NCBI GenBank assembly: GCA_023437305.1 | Contig: JAEZGN010000010.1 | Location: 24,420-88,419 of the forward strand | Length of the DNA: 64,000 nucleotides | Source: Bacteroidota bacterium | Lineage (GTDB): Bacteria; Bacteroidota; Bacteroidia; Bacteroidales; Dysgonomonadaceae | Direction: 5' to 3' | In this document: positions 43,173 to 54,813 of the stretch, piece by piece | Layout: each line of letters starts with the position of its first letter | How positions within the stretch are numbered: the stretch's first letter is position 1 | Translations under genes and position numbers: made by a program | Notes under the pieces: generated by a model | The model's input: the letters and a program-made list of their open reading frames with translations, nothing else | Database searches by the model: none | Told to the model about the DNA's origin: nothing

Positions 43173-44156
43173 TTATGGAATATTTCTCAACCATGTACGT
43201 CGCAGAATAAGTTCTCCTCCAATCAGCGCTAAAGCTATAATTGCAAAAGGCAAATAAAGCTCTTTACGCTTTGTCACAGTATTTACACTTATATGAGACT
43301 TTTCCATTTGATCTATTTCGTCATATATGCCACTCAAACTGGTATTGTCCGTAGCACGGAAGTACGAACCTCCCGTTTTAGAGGCTATCTCAGTCAATGT
43401 GCGTTCGTCAAAGTCGCCCGATACGTTCATCGATTGCATTCCGTACGGAGTCATGACACGCGCCACTGACGTTCCTCTCGAACCTATACCAATCGTGTAA
43501 ACACGTATTCCGTATGATGCGGCCAGCTCGGCAGCGGTTAACGGTGCAATCTGCCCCGCATTGTTAGATCCGTCTGTCAGCAGGATAACAACACGGGATT
43601 TAGACTGACTGTCTTTCAACCGGTTTACAGAATTGGCTAGTCCCAACCCTATAGCTGTACCATCTTCTATCATTCCAAATTTAACTTCGCTCAATAAATT
43701 GAGAAGCACTCGGTGATCTGTTGTCAACGGACATTGAGTAAAACTCTCGCCCGCAAATATGACCAAACCGATACGGTCGCTTTGCCTATCGTTGATAAAT
43801 TCGGATGCGACTTTTTTTGCCGCCTCCAAACGAGTTGGAGAGAAGTCATTCGCCATCATGGTTCCTGATATATCCAGTGCCATAATAATGTCTATCCCTT
43901 CCGACTTGGATATATCTGAAGAATTGACACTCTGAGGTCTTGCCAACACTATTATAACAAGGGCAATAGCAATTACCCTCAACAAAAAGGGAAAGTGGCG
44001 CATATATACCCTCAGTGTCGACGGTGCTTTTTCGAATGCATAGCCAGAAGACAACTTGAATGTAGCCTGCATTTTCCTTAGCTTAAAGATATACCACCCA
44101 ATAAGAGGTATAAGCAATAAGAGTAAGTATAAATATTTCGGATTGGCATATTCCAT
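43173..44156 (-). CDS. batA: BatA VWA protein
   Basis: LARPQ, DISGTM, FTQCPLTTD, GTAIG, LLTDG. Confidence 0.92.
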   Translation of the reverse strand: MEYANPKYLYLLLLLIPLIGWYIFKLRKMQATFKLSSGYAFEKAPSTLRVYMRHFPFLLRVIAIALVIIVLARPQSVNSSDISKSEGIDIIMALDISGTMMANDFSPTRLEAAKKVASEFINDRQSDRIGLVIFAGESFTQCPLTTDHRVLLNLLSEVKFGMIEDGTAIGLGLANSVNRLKDSQSKSRVVILLTDGSNNAGQIAPLTAAELAASYGIRVYTIGIGSRGTSVARVMTPYGMQSMNVSGDFDERTLTEIASKTGGSYFRATDNTSLSGIYDEIDQMEKSHISVNTVTKRKELYLPFAIIALALIGGELILRRTWLRNIP

Positions 44157-44167
44157 TTCTGTATCTT

Positions 44168-45229
44168 TTAGCTTTGTTTATTATTCATATTTTGATTTCC
44201 TGTTGCACTTGCATCTCCCTGCGCTTCTTTTCCTTCCTTCTGTTCTTCCAATGTAGGTCTTTCTTCTATCTTAGTCTGATTTACAAACAAGAATGCATTA
44301 ACCAAACTAAGGTCGTTTTCATCGGCAAAAGGTGTATATTTTGCAAACTTCACCAGATCGGACAGTTTCAGGATTTGAGCAAGTCCGTCTGTCGCAGATT
44401 TTGTATCTGTAACCAGATGAACAGCTGCGATAATATCGTCCGATATCATTTCGGGAGCAGCAATATCAAAGCGACGGTCAATATACTTACGAAGGATATC
44501 TGTCAGCTCGGTATAATATTCTTTCTCCATACCTCGCTGCCACATCTTCGAGTCCTTGAGTTTATCAAGACCTTGCAATGCTTCGACGTGAGGAGGTAAT
44601 ACAATTTTAGGAGTAAAGTAATATCCTTTTTTCTTTTTCCTGTAATAGAGATAAATTAAGGCAGCGATCAATAAAATAATAAGAGATGCCAGGAAAAGTA
44701 TATACAAGTATTCCAAATAGTCGAGCCATACAAATGGAGGAGATTGAACATCCTTAATATCGTTAATCTGAAGCTTAGCAAAATCGATAGAGTCTGTCTC
44801 ATGATTTTTCAATCGTTCGAGATAAGCCAACGTAGAATCGGATAGTTGCGGAGCAGATACTTTGAGCCCAAAATCATTTGTCTTCAGAGTATCTGTACCA
44901 TCTATCACCATCATATAAGGTATATGATACAGCGTAGAGTCGAATGAGGTAACTATGTATTTCTGATTGATAGTCATCACCTCAGTCATTGTTGTATCCG
45001 GCTTCAACATCGCGAGAACTTCTACCCCCCTGATTAGTGTGTCCTTATAGGCAGGGAAAATAATATTCTTCCCTTTGGGGGCAATAACTTCTACATTTAT
45101 AACTGCCTGCTCACCAATCAATATATCCGACGGCTGTATAGTTGCCCTTACGGTCGACTTTTGTGCATGAAGCGCAAAACTCAAACAGAAGGATAAGCTA
45201 AGCAGTATTATATTTTTCAATTTCAACAT
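44168..45229 (-). CDS. conserved bat-operon membrane protein
   Basis: Signal peptide, TM helix, PPHVEAL, DLVKFAK; lies between DUF58 and batA. Confidence 0.8.
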   Translation of the reverse strand: MLKLKNIILLSLSFCLSFALHAQKSTVRATIQPSDILIGEQAVINVEVIAPKGKNIIFPAYKDTLIRGVEVLAMLKPDTTMTEVMTINQKYIVTSFDSTLYHIPYMMVIDGTDTLKTNDFGLKVSAPQLSDSTLAYLERLKNHETDSIDFAKLQINDIKDVQSPPFVWLDYLEYLYILFLASLIILLIAALIYLYYRKKKKGYYFTPKIVLPPHVEALQGLDKLKDSKMWQRGMEKEYYTELTDILRKYIDRRFDIAAPEMISDDIIAAVHLVTDTKSATDGLAQILKLSDLVKFAKYTPFADENDLSLVNAFLFVNQTKIEERPTLEEQKEGKEAQGDASATGNQNMNNKQS

Positions 45230-45252
45230 ATATCAATGTATCGATTTTATTT

Positions 45253-46122
45253 TCAACTTCTCTTTTTAAATAAAGCCAACAATGCTTTGACATAATCTTC
45301 ATCGGTACGCACCGATACACTGTCCACCTTGCTGCGATTGAATGAGGTCTGCATACTATCCTGTTGTTTCTGCCACCAATCTTTATACGTCTGCCTTACC
45401 TTACGAGACGATGTGTCGATCCAATGTTCGCTTCCGGTCTCTGCATCCATTATCTTCATAAGACCAACGCTAGGCAACTGAGTTTCGAGAGAATCATATA
45501 CCTGCAACGCAACAATATCGTGTTTACGGTTTGCTATCGTGAGCGCATTGTAGTAATCTTTGACATCAATAAAGTCGGATATCATAAAGGTTGTACACCT
45601 CTTTTTTATAGCATTCGTCAAAAATTTCAGAGCCATTCCCATATCAGTTTTGGGACTTTCCGCCTGAAAGTTGATCAATTCGCGGATAATGTACAGGATA
45701 TGTTTCTTCCCTTTCTTTGGCGGGATGAATTTTTCTATCTTATCAGAAAAGAAGATTACTCCGATCTTATCGTTATTTTGTATGGCTGAAAAGGCTAGAG
45801 TAGCAGCAATTTCAGTTACGACATCTCTCTTTATAGAAAGGTGTGTACCAAAATCCTGACTGGCTGAAACATCGACAAGCAACATAACGGTAAGTTCCCT
45901 TTCCTCTTCGAATACCTTCACATAAGGCTTGTTGTATCGTGCTGTTACATTCCAGTCTATATCGCGAATATCGTCTCCATACTGGTATTCTCGCACTTCA
46001 GAGAAAGCCATACCACGCCCCTTAAAAGCAGAGTGATATTGGCCGGCAAAAATATTGCGGGATAATCCACGGGTCTTAATCTCTATCTGACGTACTTTCT
46101 TTAATAATTCGCTTGTTTCCAT
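45253..46122 (-). CDS. DUF58 domain protein
   Basis: FSEVREYQYGDDIRDIDWNVTAR, FEEERE. Confidence 0.92.
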   Translation of the reverse strand: METSELLKKVRQIEIKTRGLSRNIFAGQYHSAFKGRGMAFSEVREYQYGDDIRDIDWNVTARYNKPYVKVFEEERELTVMLLVDVSASQDFGTHLSIKRDVVTEIAATLAFSAIQNNDKIGVIFFSDKIEKFIPPKKGKKHILYIIRELINFQAESPKTDMGMALKFLTNAIKKRCTTFMISDFIDVKDYYNALTIANRKHDIVALQVYDSLETQLPSVGLMKIMDAETGSEHWIDTSSRKVRQTYKDWWQKQQDSMQTSFNRSKVDSVSVRTDEDYVKALLALFKKRS

Positions 46123-46212
46123 ATTTTCTTAAAGCTATTAGCATATGATCTAAATAGCAAGTTTCTTCACTTAGACAAGGCGTACATGTAAAACTACGCC
46201 TATTAGCTCTAA

Positions 46213-47205
46213 TTACGGAACTTCAATCTTATTTAAGATTTCACTTATTATTTCATCAGATGTAGTATTATTTGCCTCAGCTTCGTATGTCAAACCGATA
46301 CGGTGACGCAATACATCATGACATACTGCACGTATATCTTCCGGAATAACATATCCTCTACGTTTGATAAAAGCATAAGCTCTTGACGCAAGAGCAAGGC
46401 TGATAGATGCACGCGGCGAAGCACCGAACCCGATCATACCCTTTAAAGATGTCAGACCGTTATCTTCAGGGAAACGAGTAGCAAATACTATATCAACAAT
46501 ATATTTTTCAATTTTTTCGTCCAAATAAACATCACGAACCACTTCGCGGGCACTTATGATTTCTTCTGCTTTCATTACCGGTTGAAGCTTACCATAATCT
46601 CCGGTGAGATTATTTCTGAGGATCAATTTTTCTTCTTCTTTCTTCGGATAGTTAATCACCACCTTCAGCATGAAACGGTCAACCTGCGCTTCGGGAAGCG
46701 GATAAGTACCCTCTTGCTCAATCGGGTTTTGTGTAGCCATCACAAGGAAAGGAGACGGCAACTTGTAGGTTTTCTCACCAATAGTAACCTGACGCTCTTG
46801 CATAGCCTCGAGCAAAGCACTTTGCACTTTGGCCGGAGCTCGGTTAATTTCATCGGCTAATACAAAGTTAGAGAACACAGGCCCATGTTTAACTAAGAAT
46901 TCTTCAGTTTTCTGACTATAAATCATTGTTCCCACCACATCGGCCGGAAGCAAATCGGGTGTAAACTGAATACGACTATATTTAGCATCTATAAGTGACG
47001 CCAACGTTTTTATTGCCAACGTTTTTGCGAGCCCGGGAACACCTTCCAGCAATATATGTCCATCAGCGAGCAAACCGATAAGCAACGACTCTACCAGATG
47101 CTTTTGGCCCACAATAACCCGATCCATTCCCATTGTGAGTGATTCGACGAACGAACTTTTGCTTTGAATTCTTTCGGTAAGCTCCCGAATATCAACATGT
47201 GCCAT
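46213..47205 (-). CDS. moxR: MoxR family AAA+ ATPase
   Basis: EGVPGLAKT, RIQFTPDLLPAD, DEINRAPAKVQSALLEAM, TYPLPEAQVDRF. Confidence 0.95.
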   Translation of the reverse strand: MAHVDIRELTERIQSKSSFVESLTMGMDRVIVGQKHLVESLLIGLLADGHILLEGVPGLAKTLAIKTLASLIDAKYSRIQFTPDLLPADVVGTMIYSQKTEEFLVKHGPVFSNFVLADEINRAPAKVQSALLEAMQERQVTIGEKTYKLPSPFLVMATQNPIEQEGTYPLPEAQVDRFMLKVVINYPKKEEEKLILRNNLTGDYGKLQPVMKAEEIISAREVVRDVYLDEKIEKYIVDIVFATRFPEDNGLTSLKGMIGFGASPRASISLALASRAYAFIKRRGYVIPEDIRAVCHDVLRHRIGLTYEAEANNTTSDEIISEILNKIEVP

Positions 47206-47419
47206 ATTTTTCTTCTATTTTGAGTTTATATTGATCTTCATTTTTAGTAAGCACGACAAAAATAGAAATGTTAAATCTTAAAAGCGATAATTCGGAGTTA
47301 AAAAAAATTAAGCAGAATGAAGTATTTAAAGGCCTAAAAATAAATATCAAAATGCAGATATAACATAAACCAACTTTTTATATTTTTATTTCTTAATTAT
47401 AATCTAACAATCATATACT

Positions 47420-48082
47420 ATGGAAACATTACGCCCCAATGCACAACGTGCAAGAACTGCTATAAACTTAATCTGGATTATGTTGGCAATAGAAGCTTTC
47501 GGATTTACATCAAGTGCTTTTCTGTCATGGATATATATAAGCCTTGACAATGGCGAATACGTTTCAGATGAGCTACAATTTGCGGGCACATTTCTGCAAG
47601 GCAGCTATGGCATTCTACTTTTGGCAGGATATACATTTTCAATAATAACATTTATACGGTGGTTTAGAAGGGCATATTATAATATAGCCATCAAAACCGG
47701 GGCTACCAGCTATAGTGAAGGTTGGGCAGCAGGAGCATGGTTTGTTCCAATCATGAATCTATATGTTCCATATCGAATAATGAAAGAATTATATGAAAAA
47801 ACCGATCAATACTTGATATTAGAAGCCAACGAACCATACACAAACAGACTAGAGACAAAAAATATTGTTACATGGTGGACATTGTGGATTATCTATAGTT
47901 TCTTGAGTAATATTGTGGCTCGCGTTACATGGCAAGCCGAAGAATTACCTCAGTTGATAAATAGCGAAATACTATCTATGGTTACATTCGGTCTTTTTGT
48001 ACCGTTATGCGTTGTTACTGCGAACGTAATCAAAACCTATAGCCAAGCCGAAGATTTACTTTATGAAGCTAGCGCTTCTTAA
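47420..48082 (+). CDS. DUF4328-like membrane protein
   Basis: FIRWFRRAYYN, WAAGAWFVPIMNLYVPY; four TM segments. Confidence 0.75.
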   Translation: METLRPNAQRARTAINLIWIMLAIEAFGFTSSAFLSWIYISLDNGEYVSDELQFAGTFLQGSYGILLLAGYTFSIITFIRWFRRAYYNIAIKTGATSYSEGWAAGAWFVPIMNLYVPYRIMKELYEKTDQYLILEANEPYTNRLETKNIVTWWTLWIIYSFLSNIVARVTWQAEELPQLINSEILSMVTFGLFVPLCVVTANVIKTYSQAEDLLYEASAS

Positions 48083-48359
48083 AGATTGCAACGAAATATA
48101 ATTAAGAAAACAAAAAGACGGAATTCTCATTTTAATGACTCACAGAATGAGTATGCTATAATTTTATCTTTTTTGCAAACTCGAATTAACAAATCATCGA
48201 ATTTAATTAATATTCTGTCAAATTTTACTATAATTTCATTTTTTCATAAAATATCTCTCACAGAATTTAGTATATTTGTATCACTTTAAAAAATGGGCAG
48301 CAGCCCCTAACAAAGCATTGATAATCAGTAATATTATTTATATTTAACTAAAACAAATC

Positions 48360-49622
48360 ATGATTACAATTGACAAATTCAACTTTGCAGGCAAAAAAGT
48401 CTTTGTACGAGTTGATTTCAATGTGCCTCTAGATGCACAATTCAACATCACAGATGACACTCGTATTCGTGCGGCTATGCCTACACTAAAAAAGATCGTA
48501 GCTGATGGTGGTAGCCCAATCATAGCATCTCACCTTGGCCGTCCAAAAGGAGTCGAAGAAAAATATTCATTGAAACATATCCTAGCTCACGTATCTAAAC
48601 TTCTTGGTGTAGATGTACAGTTTGCAAACGATTGTGTAGGTGAGGACGCCGGTGTAAAAGCTGCTGCTCTTCAACCGGGAGAAGCATTATTGCTTGAGAA
48701 CCTTCGTTTCTATGCTGAAGAAGAAGGCAAGCCTCGTGGTTTGGCAGAAGATGCGAGCGATGAAGAAAAAGCTGCTGCAAAAAAGGCTATAAAAGAAAGC
48801 CAAAAAGAGTTCACTAAAACACTTGCTTCTTATGCCGATGTTTATGTAAATGATGCTTTTGGTACCGCTCACCGTGCACATGCTTCTACTGCTCTTATTG
48901 CAGATTACTTCGATGCTGAACACAAAATGTTCGGTTATCTGATGCAGAAAGAAATTGACGCTGTGGAAAAAGTATTGAAAGATACAGCACGTCCGTTCAC
49001 TGCTATTATTGGTGGTGCTAAGGTTTCTTCAAAGATCGATATCATCGAAAACCTATTGGATAAAGTAAACAATCTTGTTATTGGTGGTGGTATGGCATTT
49101 ACTTTCATCAAAGCGGCAGGTGGTAAGATTGGAAATTCTCTTGTAGAGAATGATAAGCTAGACCTTGCAAACGAAATTGTAGCCAAAGCTAAAGCTAACG
49201 GAGTACAATTGGTAATTGCTAGCGATGCTAAAATAGCCGATGCTTTCAGCAACGATGCTAATACTGAAATATCAGAAGCTAACGCTATCCCTGACGGATG
49301 GATGGGATTGGATATAGGTCCTAAAGGCGAAAAAGAAATTGCAGATGTACTTATGGCATCAAAAACCATTCTTTGGAATGGCCCTGTAGGTGTATTCGAA
49401 TTCGACAACTTCGCTCAAGGAACAAAAGTAACTGCCGAAGCTGTTGCTGCTGCTACCAAAGCCGGAGCTTTCTCTCTTGTAGGTGGTGGTGACTCTGTTG
49501 CTGCTGTAAATAAGTTCAACCTTGCAGATGAGGTATCTTATGTTTCTACAGGTGGTGGTGCTTTACTTGAATTCATCGAAGGTAAAGTTCTTCCGGGAAT
49601 CAAAGCGATCAGAGGATACTAA
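48360..49622 (+). CDS. pgk: phosphoglycerate kinase
   Basis: [45 protein letters not shown]. Confidence 0.98.
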   Translation: MITIDKFNFAGKKVFVRVDFNVPLDAQFNITDDTRIRAAMPTLKKIVADGGSPIIASHLGRPKGVEEKYSLKHILAHVSKLLGVDVQFANDCVGEDAGVKAAALQPGEALLLENLRFYAEEEGKPRGLAEDASDEEKAAAKKAIKESQKEFTKTLASYADVYVNDAFGTAHRAHASTALIADYFDAEHKMFGYLMQKEIDAVEKVLKDTARPFTAIIGGAKVSSKIDIIENLLDKVNNLVIGGGMAFTFIKAAGGKIGNSLVENDKLDLANEIVAKAKANGVQLVIASDAKIADAFSNDANTEISEANAIPDGWMGLDIGPKGEKEIADVLMASKTILWNGPVGVFEFDNFAQGTKVTAEAVAAATKAGAFSLVGGGDSVAAVNKFNLADEVSYVSTGGGALLEFIEGKVLPGIKAIRGY

Positions 49623-49649
49623 GATTTTGACTAATCAAATAAAATATGC

Positions 49650-49680
49650 AAAGTCCGTATAATATTATGCGGACTTTTTT
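49650..49680 (+). terminator. pgk terminator
   Basis: AAAGTCCGTATAA-TA-TTATGCGGACTTTTTT. Confidence 0.8.
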
Positions 49681-49713
49681 TATCTTTATTCTAAAATAAT
49701 CAAAACAAATGTC

Positions 49714-50037
49714 ATGGCTAAAAAACTATTACTTTTAATTTCTTTCAGCATGCTCCTGTTTTCATGTAGCACATACAATAGCATGAAAAATGCGGACAAA
49801 AACATCAGGAATATTAGCTTGGGAATGTCTCAACAACAAATTATCTCTATCATGGGAGATGAGTATGAAGTTGTAGAAGCTAAAGACAATATCACAGTAT
49901 GGGGCTATAAATCGTTCGATGAAGGGATATATAAATTACGATTTATAGATGGCAAACTATCTGAATGGAATAAAGTATGGCTAAATAAGTATGAATTTGA
50001 AAATAGACCAATCACCTCCTCTGATATCTCTAAATAA
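49714..50037 (+). CDS. small lipoprotein (SmpA/OmlA-like fold possible)
   Basis: Lipobox LFSC; ISLGMSQQQIISIMG motif. Confidence 0.65.
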   Translation: MAKKLLLLISFSMLLFSCSTYNSMKNADKNIRNISLGMSQQQIISIMGDEYEVVEAKDNITVWGYKSFDEGIYKLRFIDGKLSEWNKVWLNKYEFENRPITSSDISK

Positions 50038-50040
50038 TAA

Positions 50041-50077
50041 AAAAACACCTTCAGACTGTTTATCCGAAGGTGTTTTT
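50041..50077. terminator. bidirectional terminator
   Basis: AAAAACACCTTC...GAAGGTGTTTTT between convergent genes. Confidence 0.8.
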
Positions 50078-50108
50078 CAGTTATAATTATAATGTTTAAA
50101 AAAATCTA

Positions 50109-52382
50109 TTATTTTACCAACTCGAATTTACTTGACTTCACATCTTGGCTATTTTTTCCAATCATAACTTCAAACATACCCGGTTCGCAAACATAATCTA
50201 TATCATAATTGTAGAATTTCAACTGATCGGCAGTAATTGTAAACTTAACTGTTTTTGTTTCGCCTGCTTTCAAGAATATTTTTTCAAACCCTTTCAGTTC
50301 TTTCACAGGTCTTGAAATACTAGCAGCCTCATCTCTAATATATAATTGTACTATTTCATTTCCATCTTTATCTCCTGTATTCGATACAGTTATACTAGCC
50401 TCTATACTTCCATTCTCATTCATCTTATTTGAGTTGAGCTTAACATCACCATACTCGAAGGTAGTATAACTAAGTCCGTATCCGAATGGATAAAGCGGCT
50501 CATTAACCTCATCAATATAATTTGCTTTAAACTTATGAGGCCCGTCTTTTACATAAGGTCTACCTGTATTCAGATAGTTATAATAGATCGGAATCTGCCC
50601 AACTGAGCGTGGGAAAGTCATCGTTATCTTACCCGATGGATTGTAATCGCCAAATAAGATATCAGCAACAGCATTACCGGCTTCACTACCCGGAGCCCAC
50701 GCCTCTACTATGGCAGCACAATTTTCATCTTCCCATGTTAATGTAAGAGGACGTCCGTTGAATAACACCAATACTACAGGCTTACCTGTTTTCACAAGCT
50801 CTTTAAGCAATGTTTTCTGATTTTCGAAGAGATCAATATTTGTTCTTGATGCAGATTCTCCACTTTGACTATTTCCTTCACCTAAAGCAACTACTACAAC
50901 GTCAGACTGTTTTGCTACTTCAACGGCTTCTTTTAGTAATTCTTCCGGAGATTTAGGATCTTTGGATACAAAAGGGAAACCATAAAAGTTTGATTTGTCG
51001 AAAATAAATTCATCGTCAACTATATTTGCTCCTTTTGCATATACTACAGTAGCATTATTGCCTACTGCTTTTTCAATACCTTCTTTTAGCGTTATCGAAT
51101 ATTTCTTATCAGCAGTAAGCGCCCAAGTGCCCATCATATCATATTGTGAATCCATAAGAGGACCTACTAAAGCAATTTTCCCTTTTTTCTGCAAAGGCAA
51201 AGTTTGGTTTGCATTCTTCAGTAAAACTGTAGATTGTCTGGCAGCCTCACGAGCCAAAGCTCTCGATTCAGGTGTTACCAATGGCTCTCCTACGCGCTTC
51301 AAATAGCGGAATGGGTCTTCAAACAAACCAAGTTTGTATTTTGCTTCAAGTACTCTTCTACAAGCGGCGTCTATGTCAGCTTGTTTTACAACGCCCTTTT
51401 TCACTAATCCGGCCAACTTGGTTAAGAAAGCTTCTCCAGCCATATCCATATCTACTCCTGCATTCAGAGCTAAACCGGTTACTGTTTCCAGATCTCCCAT
51501 ACCATGATCTATCATTTCGTTGAGAGATGTAAAGTCAGTAACAATAAAGCCATCAAAGCCCCATTGCTTTCTCAACACATCTGTTAGCAACCATTTGTTT
51601 CCTGTAGCAGGAATTCCTTCTACCAAGTTGAAAGATGTCATCAAGCTTCCTGTTCCTGCTTCTACTGCTGCTTTATATGGCTCCATATAGTAGTTAAACA
51701 TCTGAACCCTACTCATATCCACAGTATTATAATCTTTACCCGCTTCCGATGCACCATATAGAGCAAAATGCTTTACGCATGCCATCGCTGTATTATCAGC
51801 ACTAAGATCATCACCCTGAATACCTCTGATCATTGCTTTTGCAACAAGTCCGCCAAGATACGGATCTTCGCCTGCACCTTCAGCCACACGTCCCCAACGA
51901 GGATCGCGAGATATATCTACCATTGGAGAATATACCCAATTTATACCTGTACTGGTAGCTTCTACAATAGCTCTACGTGCAGTTTTCTCAATTAAAGCCG
52001 GATCCCATGTACATGCAAGAGCTAACGGAATAGGGAATATAGTTTTGTAGCCATGAATAACATCCAATCCAAAAAGAAGAGGAATCTTCATGCGTGTTTG
52101 GGTAGTCACTATTTCCTGAGCCTTTTTCTGTTCTTCGGGGCTTATAACATTAAGGAAAGCTCCGAGTTGGCTTTTTGTCAGCTTTTCATTTATATTTTCT
52201 GTAAAAGTAGTACCTGTCATCAGAGCAGGAGATGCAGCAAGATTTAACTGCCCCACTTTCTCTTCAAACGTCATTTGCTGCATCAGATTATCGATAAACT
52301 GATTCATCTTTACATCCTCTTTGTTTTGACTATACATGCACAAGGATAGTCCCCAAAGAGTTAATAATAAAATTTTTCTCAT
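50109..52382 (-). CDS. bglX: GH3 periplasmic beta-glucosidase (BglX-like)
   Basis: DVIHG, RDPRWGRVAEGAGEDPYL, CVKHFA, IVTDF (nucleophile), YPFGYGLSYT, Fn3-like tail. Confidence 0.9.
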   Translation of the reverse strand: MRKILLLTLWGLSLCMYSQNKEDVKMNQFIDNLMQQMTFEEKVGQLNLAASPALMTGTTFTENINEKLTKSQLGAFLNVISPEEQKKAQEIVTTQTRMKIPLLFGLDVIHGYKTIFPIPLALACTWDPALIEKTARRAIVEATSTGINWVYSPMVDISRDPRWGRVAEGAGEDPYLGGLVAKAMIRGIQGDDLSADNTAMACVKHFALYGASEAGKDYNTVDMSRVQMFNYYMEPYKAAVEAGTGSLMTSFNLVEGIPATGNKWLLTDVLRKQWGFDGFIVTDFTSLNEMIDHGMGDLETVTGLALNAGVDMDMAGEAFLTKLAGLVKKGVVKQADIDAACRRVLEAKYKLGLFEDPFRYLKRVGEPLVTPESRALAREAARQSTVLLKNANQTLPLQKKGKIALVGPLMDSQYDMMGTWALTADKKYSITLKEGIEKAVGNNATVVYAKGANIVDDEFIFDKSNFYGFPFVSKDPKSPEELLKEAVEVAKQSDVVVVALGEGNSQSGESASRTNIDLFENQKTLLKELVKTGKPVVLVLFNGRPLTLTWEDENCAAIVEAWAPGSEAGNAVADILFGDYNPSGKITMTFPRSVGQIPIYYNYLNTGRPYVKDGPHKFKANYIDEVNEPLYPFGYGLSYTTFEYGDVKLNSNKMNENGSIEASITVSNTGDKDGNEIVQLYIRDEAASISRPVKELKGFEKIFLKAGETKTVKFTITADQLKFYNYDIDYVCEPGMFEVMIGKNSQDVKSSKFELVK

Positions 52383-52406
52383 GATCTCTATCTATTTAAT
52401 ATTATA

Positions 52407-54758
52407 TTAAAATCTGTATTTAACCCCAAACTCGGCGGTAAATGGACGGATATAAGTCGCACCTTGTATAGTCCCCGCTACTGCATTCGCCTGTTCTTGA
52501 TTATACAAGTCTGTTCCTCCGATTGTACCACCAATACCTTCTTGGTTAAGCAGGTTCACAAAATTGGCATAAAAATCGAAGTGTCCTTTGTAGTTTATAT
52601 TCAAACCTCCAAATGTTTCCCAATGGCCTTTATAATATAAGTTATTTGGTAAGTTTGCATATTGCTTACTATAATAACGACCACTTAACCAAACTTTTGC
52701 ATTTGTATTTTTATCTATTCCAAACGAATAGCTAGGATCGATCTCGAGTAAAAATTTAGAAACTACAAGTACATTTTTATCGTCAAACTTTACAGGCTCC
52801 GGAAGCATTGCTCCACTCGGAAATTTAGGATTGATCGAATAGTTTTTGTAAACAGGATCTTGTAATGTCACTAAAAAGTGAAGGTTGAAGTTTTTTAAAG
52901 AATTATCGAAAAACTTAAACGGCGTGAACATAAAGTCTGTTGTCCATCCCAATGTTTGAATGTCGTAGTAAATAACTGTGTTAGCACTTTCATTTCCTAA
53001 TTTCAAATCCATACGTCCAACATAATTATTTTTACTGATGAATGTACCTTTCGATACCAGTTCAACTAGCGGGTGATTGAAGTATAGACCTAAACCTCCA
53101 CTCAACACCGTATTTTGTTTGGCATCTACTTCATATTGACCTGCATAGCTTTCCAAGTGAGGAGATTGTCTGTTATATCCCGCCTCCGCTAAAAATCCAA
53201 AGCTATTTGTTAGTTTATAAAGAGCATCAGCATTTAAAACAAGATTAAGATAATCATCATTTATTGCTTTATACTTAGATTTATCTTTAGAAAAAGTACC
53301 ATCAGCATTACGAGCTGTTACAGCAAGAAGATCTCCATTCTTATTATATCTCGGGGCATAAGTTCCCTTAACTTTTTGCCATTCCACTCTCGCACCATAT
53401 CCCATATTAAAATGGGAACTTATATTCCATCTATCAGAAAAATATAAAGCCAATTTTCTTTCATATCCACTATCATATTCCGATCCGCTATTATACATCT
53501 CGTTACCGACAATGCTCTTGATTTGTCCGTATTGATCGAATTGGAATATCTGACTAGAGTTATCAACAACCTTAGAAGGATTCTCTCTTACATCAGTAAA
53601 GTATGTTGAAGTTTTTGTAGAATATTCCCCCGGATTATACATAGCACCCATCAAGCCCATATTAAAATTATGCGTACTAGTCTTTTTATTCAGATTCAAC
53701 ACTCCTGATAAAGTTTTTATAGTCATTTCGGGATTAGAGAACAACCAATGTTGAATACCGGCACTACCTTCCACAGGCGTACCATCCGTATAACTATAAC
53801 CTGTAATATCGTGCGCACCCAACAGTACCTGGATCAATTGAGAGCCCTTGGTTTGTGATAATTTAAATGTATAGTTTAGTTTCCAATTATTATCAAATTT
53901 GTTTTCTCCAATGAGATACAGTTCATGCGTTTTCCATTTATTTTGGTCAAACATATCTTCTTCAATCATATTTCCCGAATATATGTCTTTCATCCATACT
54001 TTTCCTGATTTTTCAAAAAATGAAGATCGTCCAATTTTCACACCCGGAATTTCCTTTATACTACCATCACCATTATAGTAAAAGGGACTGAAGCCTAAAG
54101 ATATTCCGCCTGTATTCATATATTTATACATTACACTTATTTTATCTCTCCCTCCATTATATTTCTGGGTCAATGCTCCTTTAAACATTTGAGTCTGGTC
54201 ACTATAGTATTTTTTGAAAGGGACATCTAATGTTCCGGGATCATAATTAAGATAAAATCCGGCAGCAAAAGAAAGTCCATTTTTATTGATCGGAGCACTT
54301 ATAGCACCGGTGGCTTTCATCAAACCATAATGGTTTCCTGTAATATCAAAATTACCAAAAACCCTATCTGTACCCAGATTATCATACGTAGCGATAGAAA
54401 TACCGACGTCTCCCGTACTCAATGCTGTTTGATTTAAATTAAGAGTCTCGAAACCTATGGTTGATGCATCTAAACGCCATGCTCTAGTAGGGAGAACAGG
54501 CCAGTAGAAATAAGTTACAGGCAATCCATTCTCTACAACCGATGTGCCGGCAACGCCCGCAGGCAGTCCGATATTTACCGTACGAGGTCCGGTACTGCTA
54601 CTGGCATTCAACATCATGTTTTTTTCATCTTTCTTAGCATCGGCTGAAACAGTATCTTTTTTTAAAGCCTCAACCTTTTGCGCATACATTGTTGTAGTGC
54701 CCAATAAGGATAGTAATATAGCGATATATATCCCTTTTTTGATCTTATTTTTTCTCAT
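52407..54758 (-). CDS. atypical TonB-dependent receptor-like outer-membrane beta-barrel
   Basis: Signal peptide; short plug-like region (NMMLNASSSTGPRTVNIGLP, ENGLPV); amphipathic strands; ends EFGVKYRF. Confidence 0.7.
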   Translation of the reverse strand: MRKNKIKKGIYIAILLSLLGTTTMYAQKVEALKKDTVSADAKKDEKNMMLNASSSTGPRTVNIGLPAGVAGTSVVENGLPVTYFYWPVLPTRAWRLDASTIGFETLNLNQTALSTGDVGISIATYDNLGTDRVFGNFDITGNHYGLMKATGAISAPINKNGLSFAAGFYLNYDPGTLDVPFKKYYSDQTQMFKGALTQKYNGGRDKISVMYKYMNTGGISLGFSPFYYNGDGSIKEIPGVKIGRSSFFEKSGKVWMKDIYSGNMIEEDMFDQNKWKTHELYLIGENKFDNNWKLNYTFKLSQTKGSQLIQVLLGAHDITGYSYTDGTPVEGSAGIQHWLFSNPEMTIKTLSGVLNLNKKTSTHNFNMGLMGAMYNPGEYSTKTSTYFTDVRENPSKVVDNSSQIFQFDQYGQIKSIVGNEMYNSGSEYDSGYERKLALYFSDRWNISSHFNMGYGARVEWQKVKGTYAPRYNKNGDLLAVTARNADGTFSKDKSKYKAINDDYLNLVLNADALYKLTNSFGFLAEAGYNRQSPHLESYAGQYEVDAKQNTVLSGGLGLYFNHPLVELVSKGTFISKNNYVGRMDLKLGNESANTVIYYDIQTLGWTTDFMFTPFKFFDNSLKNFNLHFLVTLQDPVYKNYSINPKFPSGAMLPEPVKFDDKNVLVVSKFLLEIDPSYSFGIDKNTNAKVWLSGRYYSKQYANLPNNLYYKGHWETFGGLNINYKGHFDFYANFVNLLNQEGIGGTIGGTDLYNQEQANAVAGTIQGATYIRPFTAEFGVKYRF

Positions 54759-54813
54759 ATTTATGTTAAAACATTATAGATTAATTTTATTAAGTTTAAA
54801 TCAACTTAAGATG

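Noticed and set aside
42120..47205. MoxR + VWA cluster as a novel defence or chaperone system
   Set aside because: It is the described Bacteroides bat operon.
48086..48289. 67-aa ORF upstream of pgk
   Set aside because: TTG start, AT-rich intergenic composition, overlaps the probable pgk promoter region.
48715..48810. Charged insertion in Pgk ([22 protein letters not shown])
   Set aside because: As far as I recall, a common Bacteroidales Pgk feature rather than an intein or novel domain.
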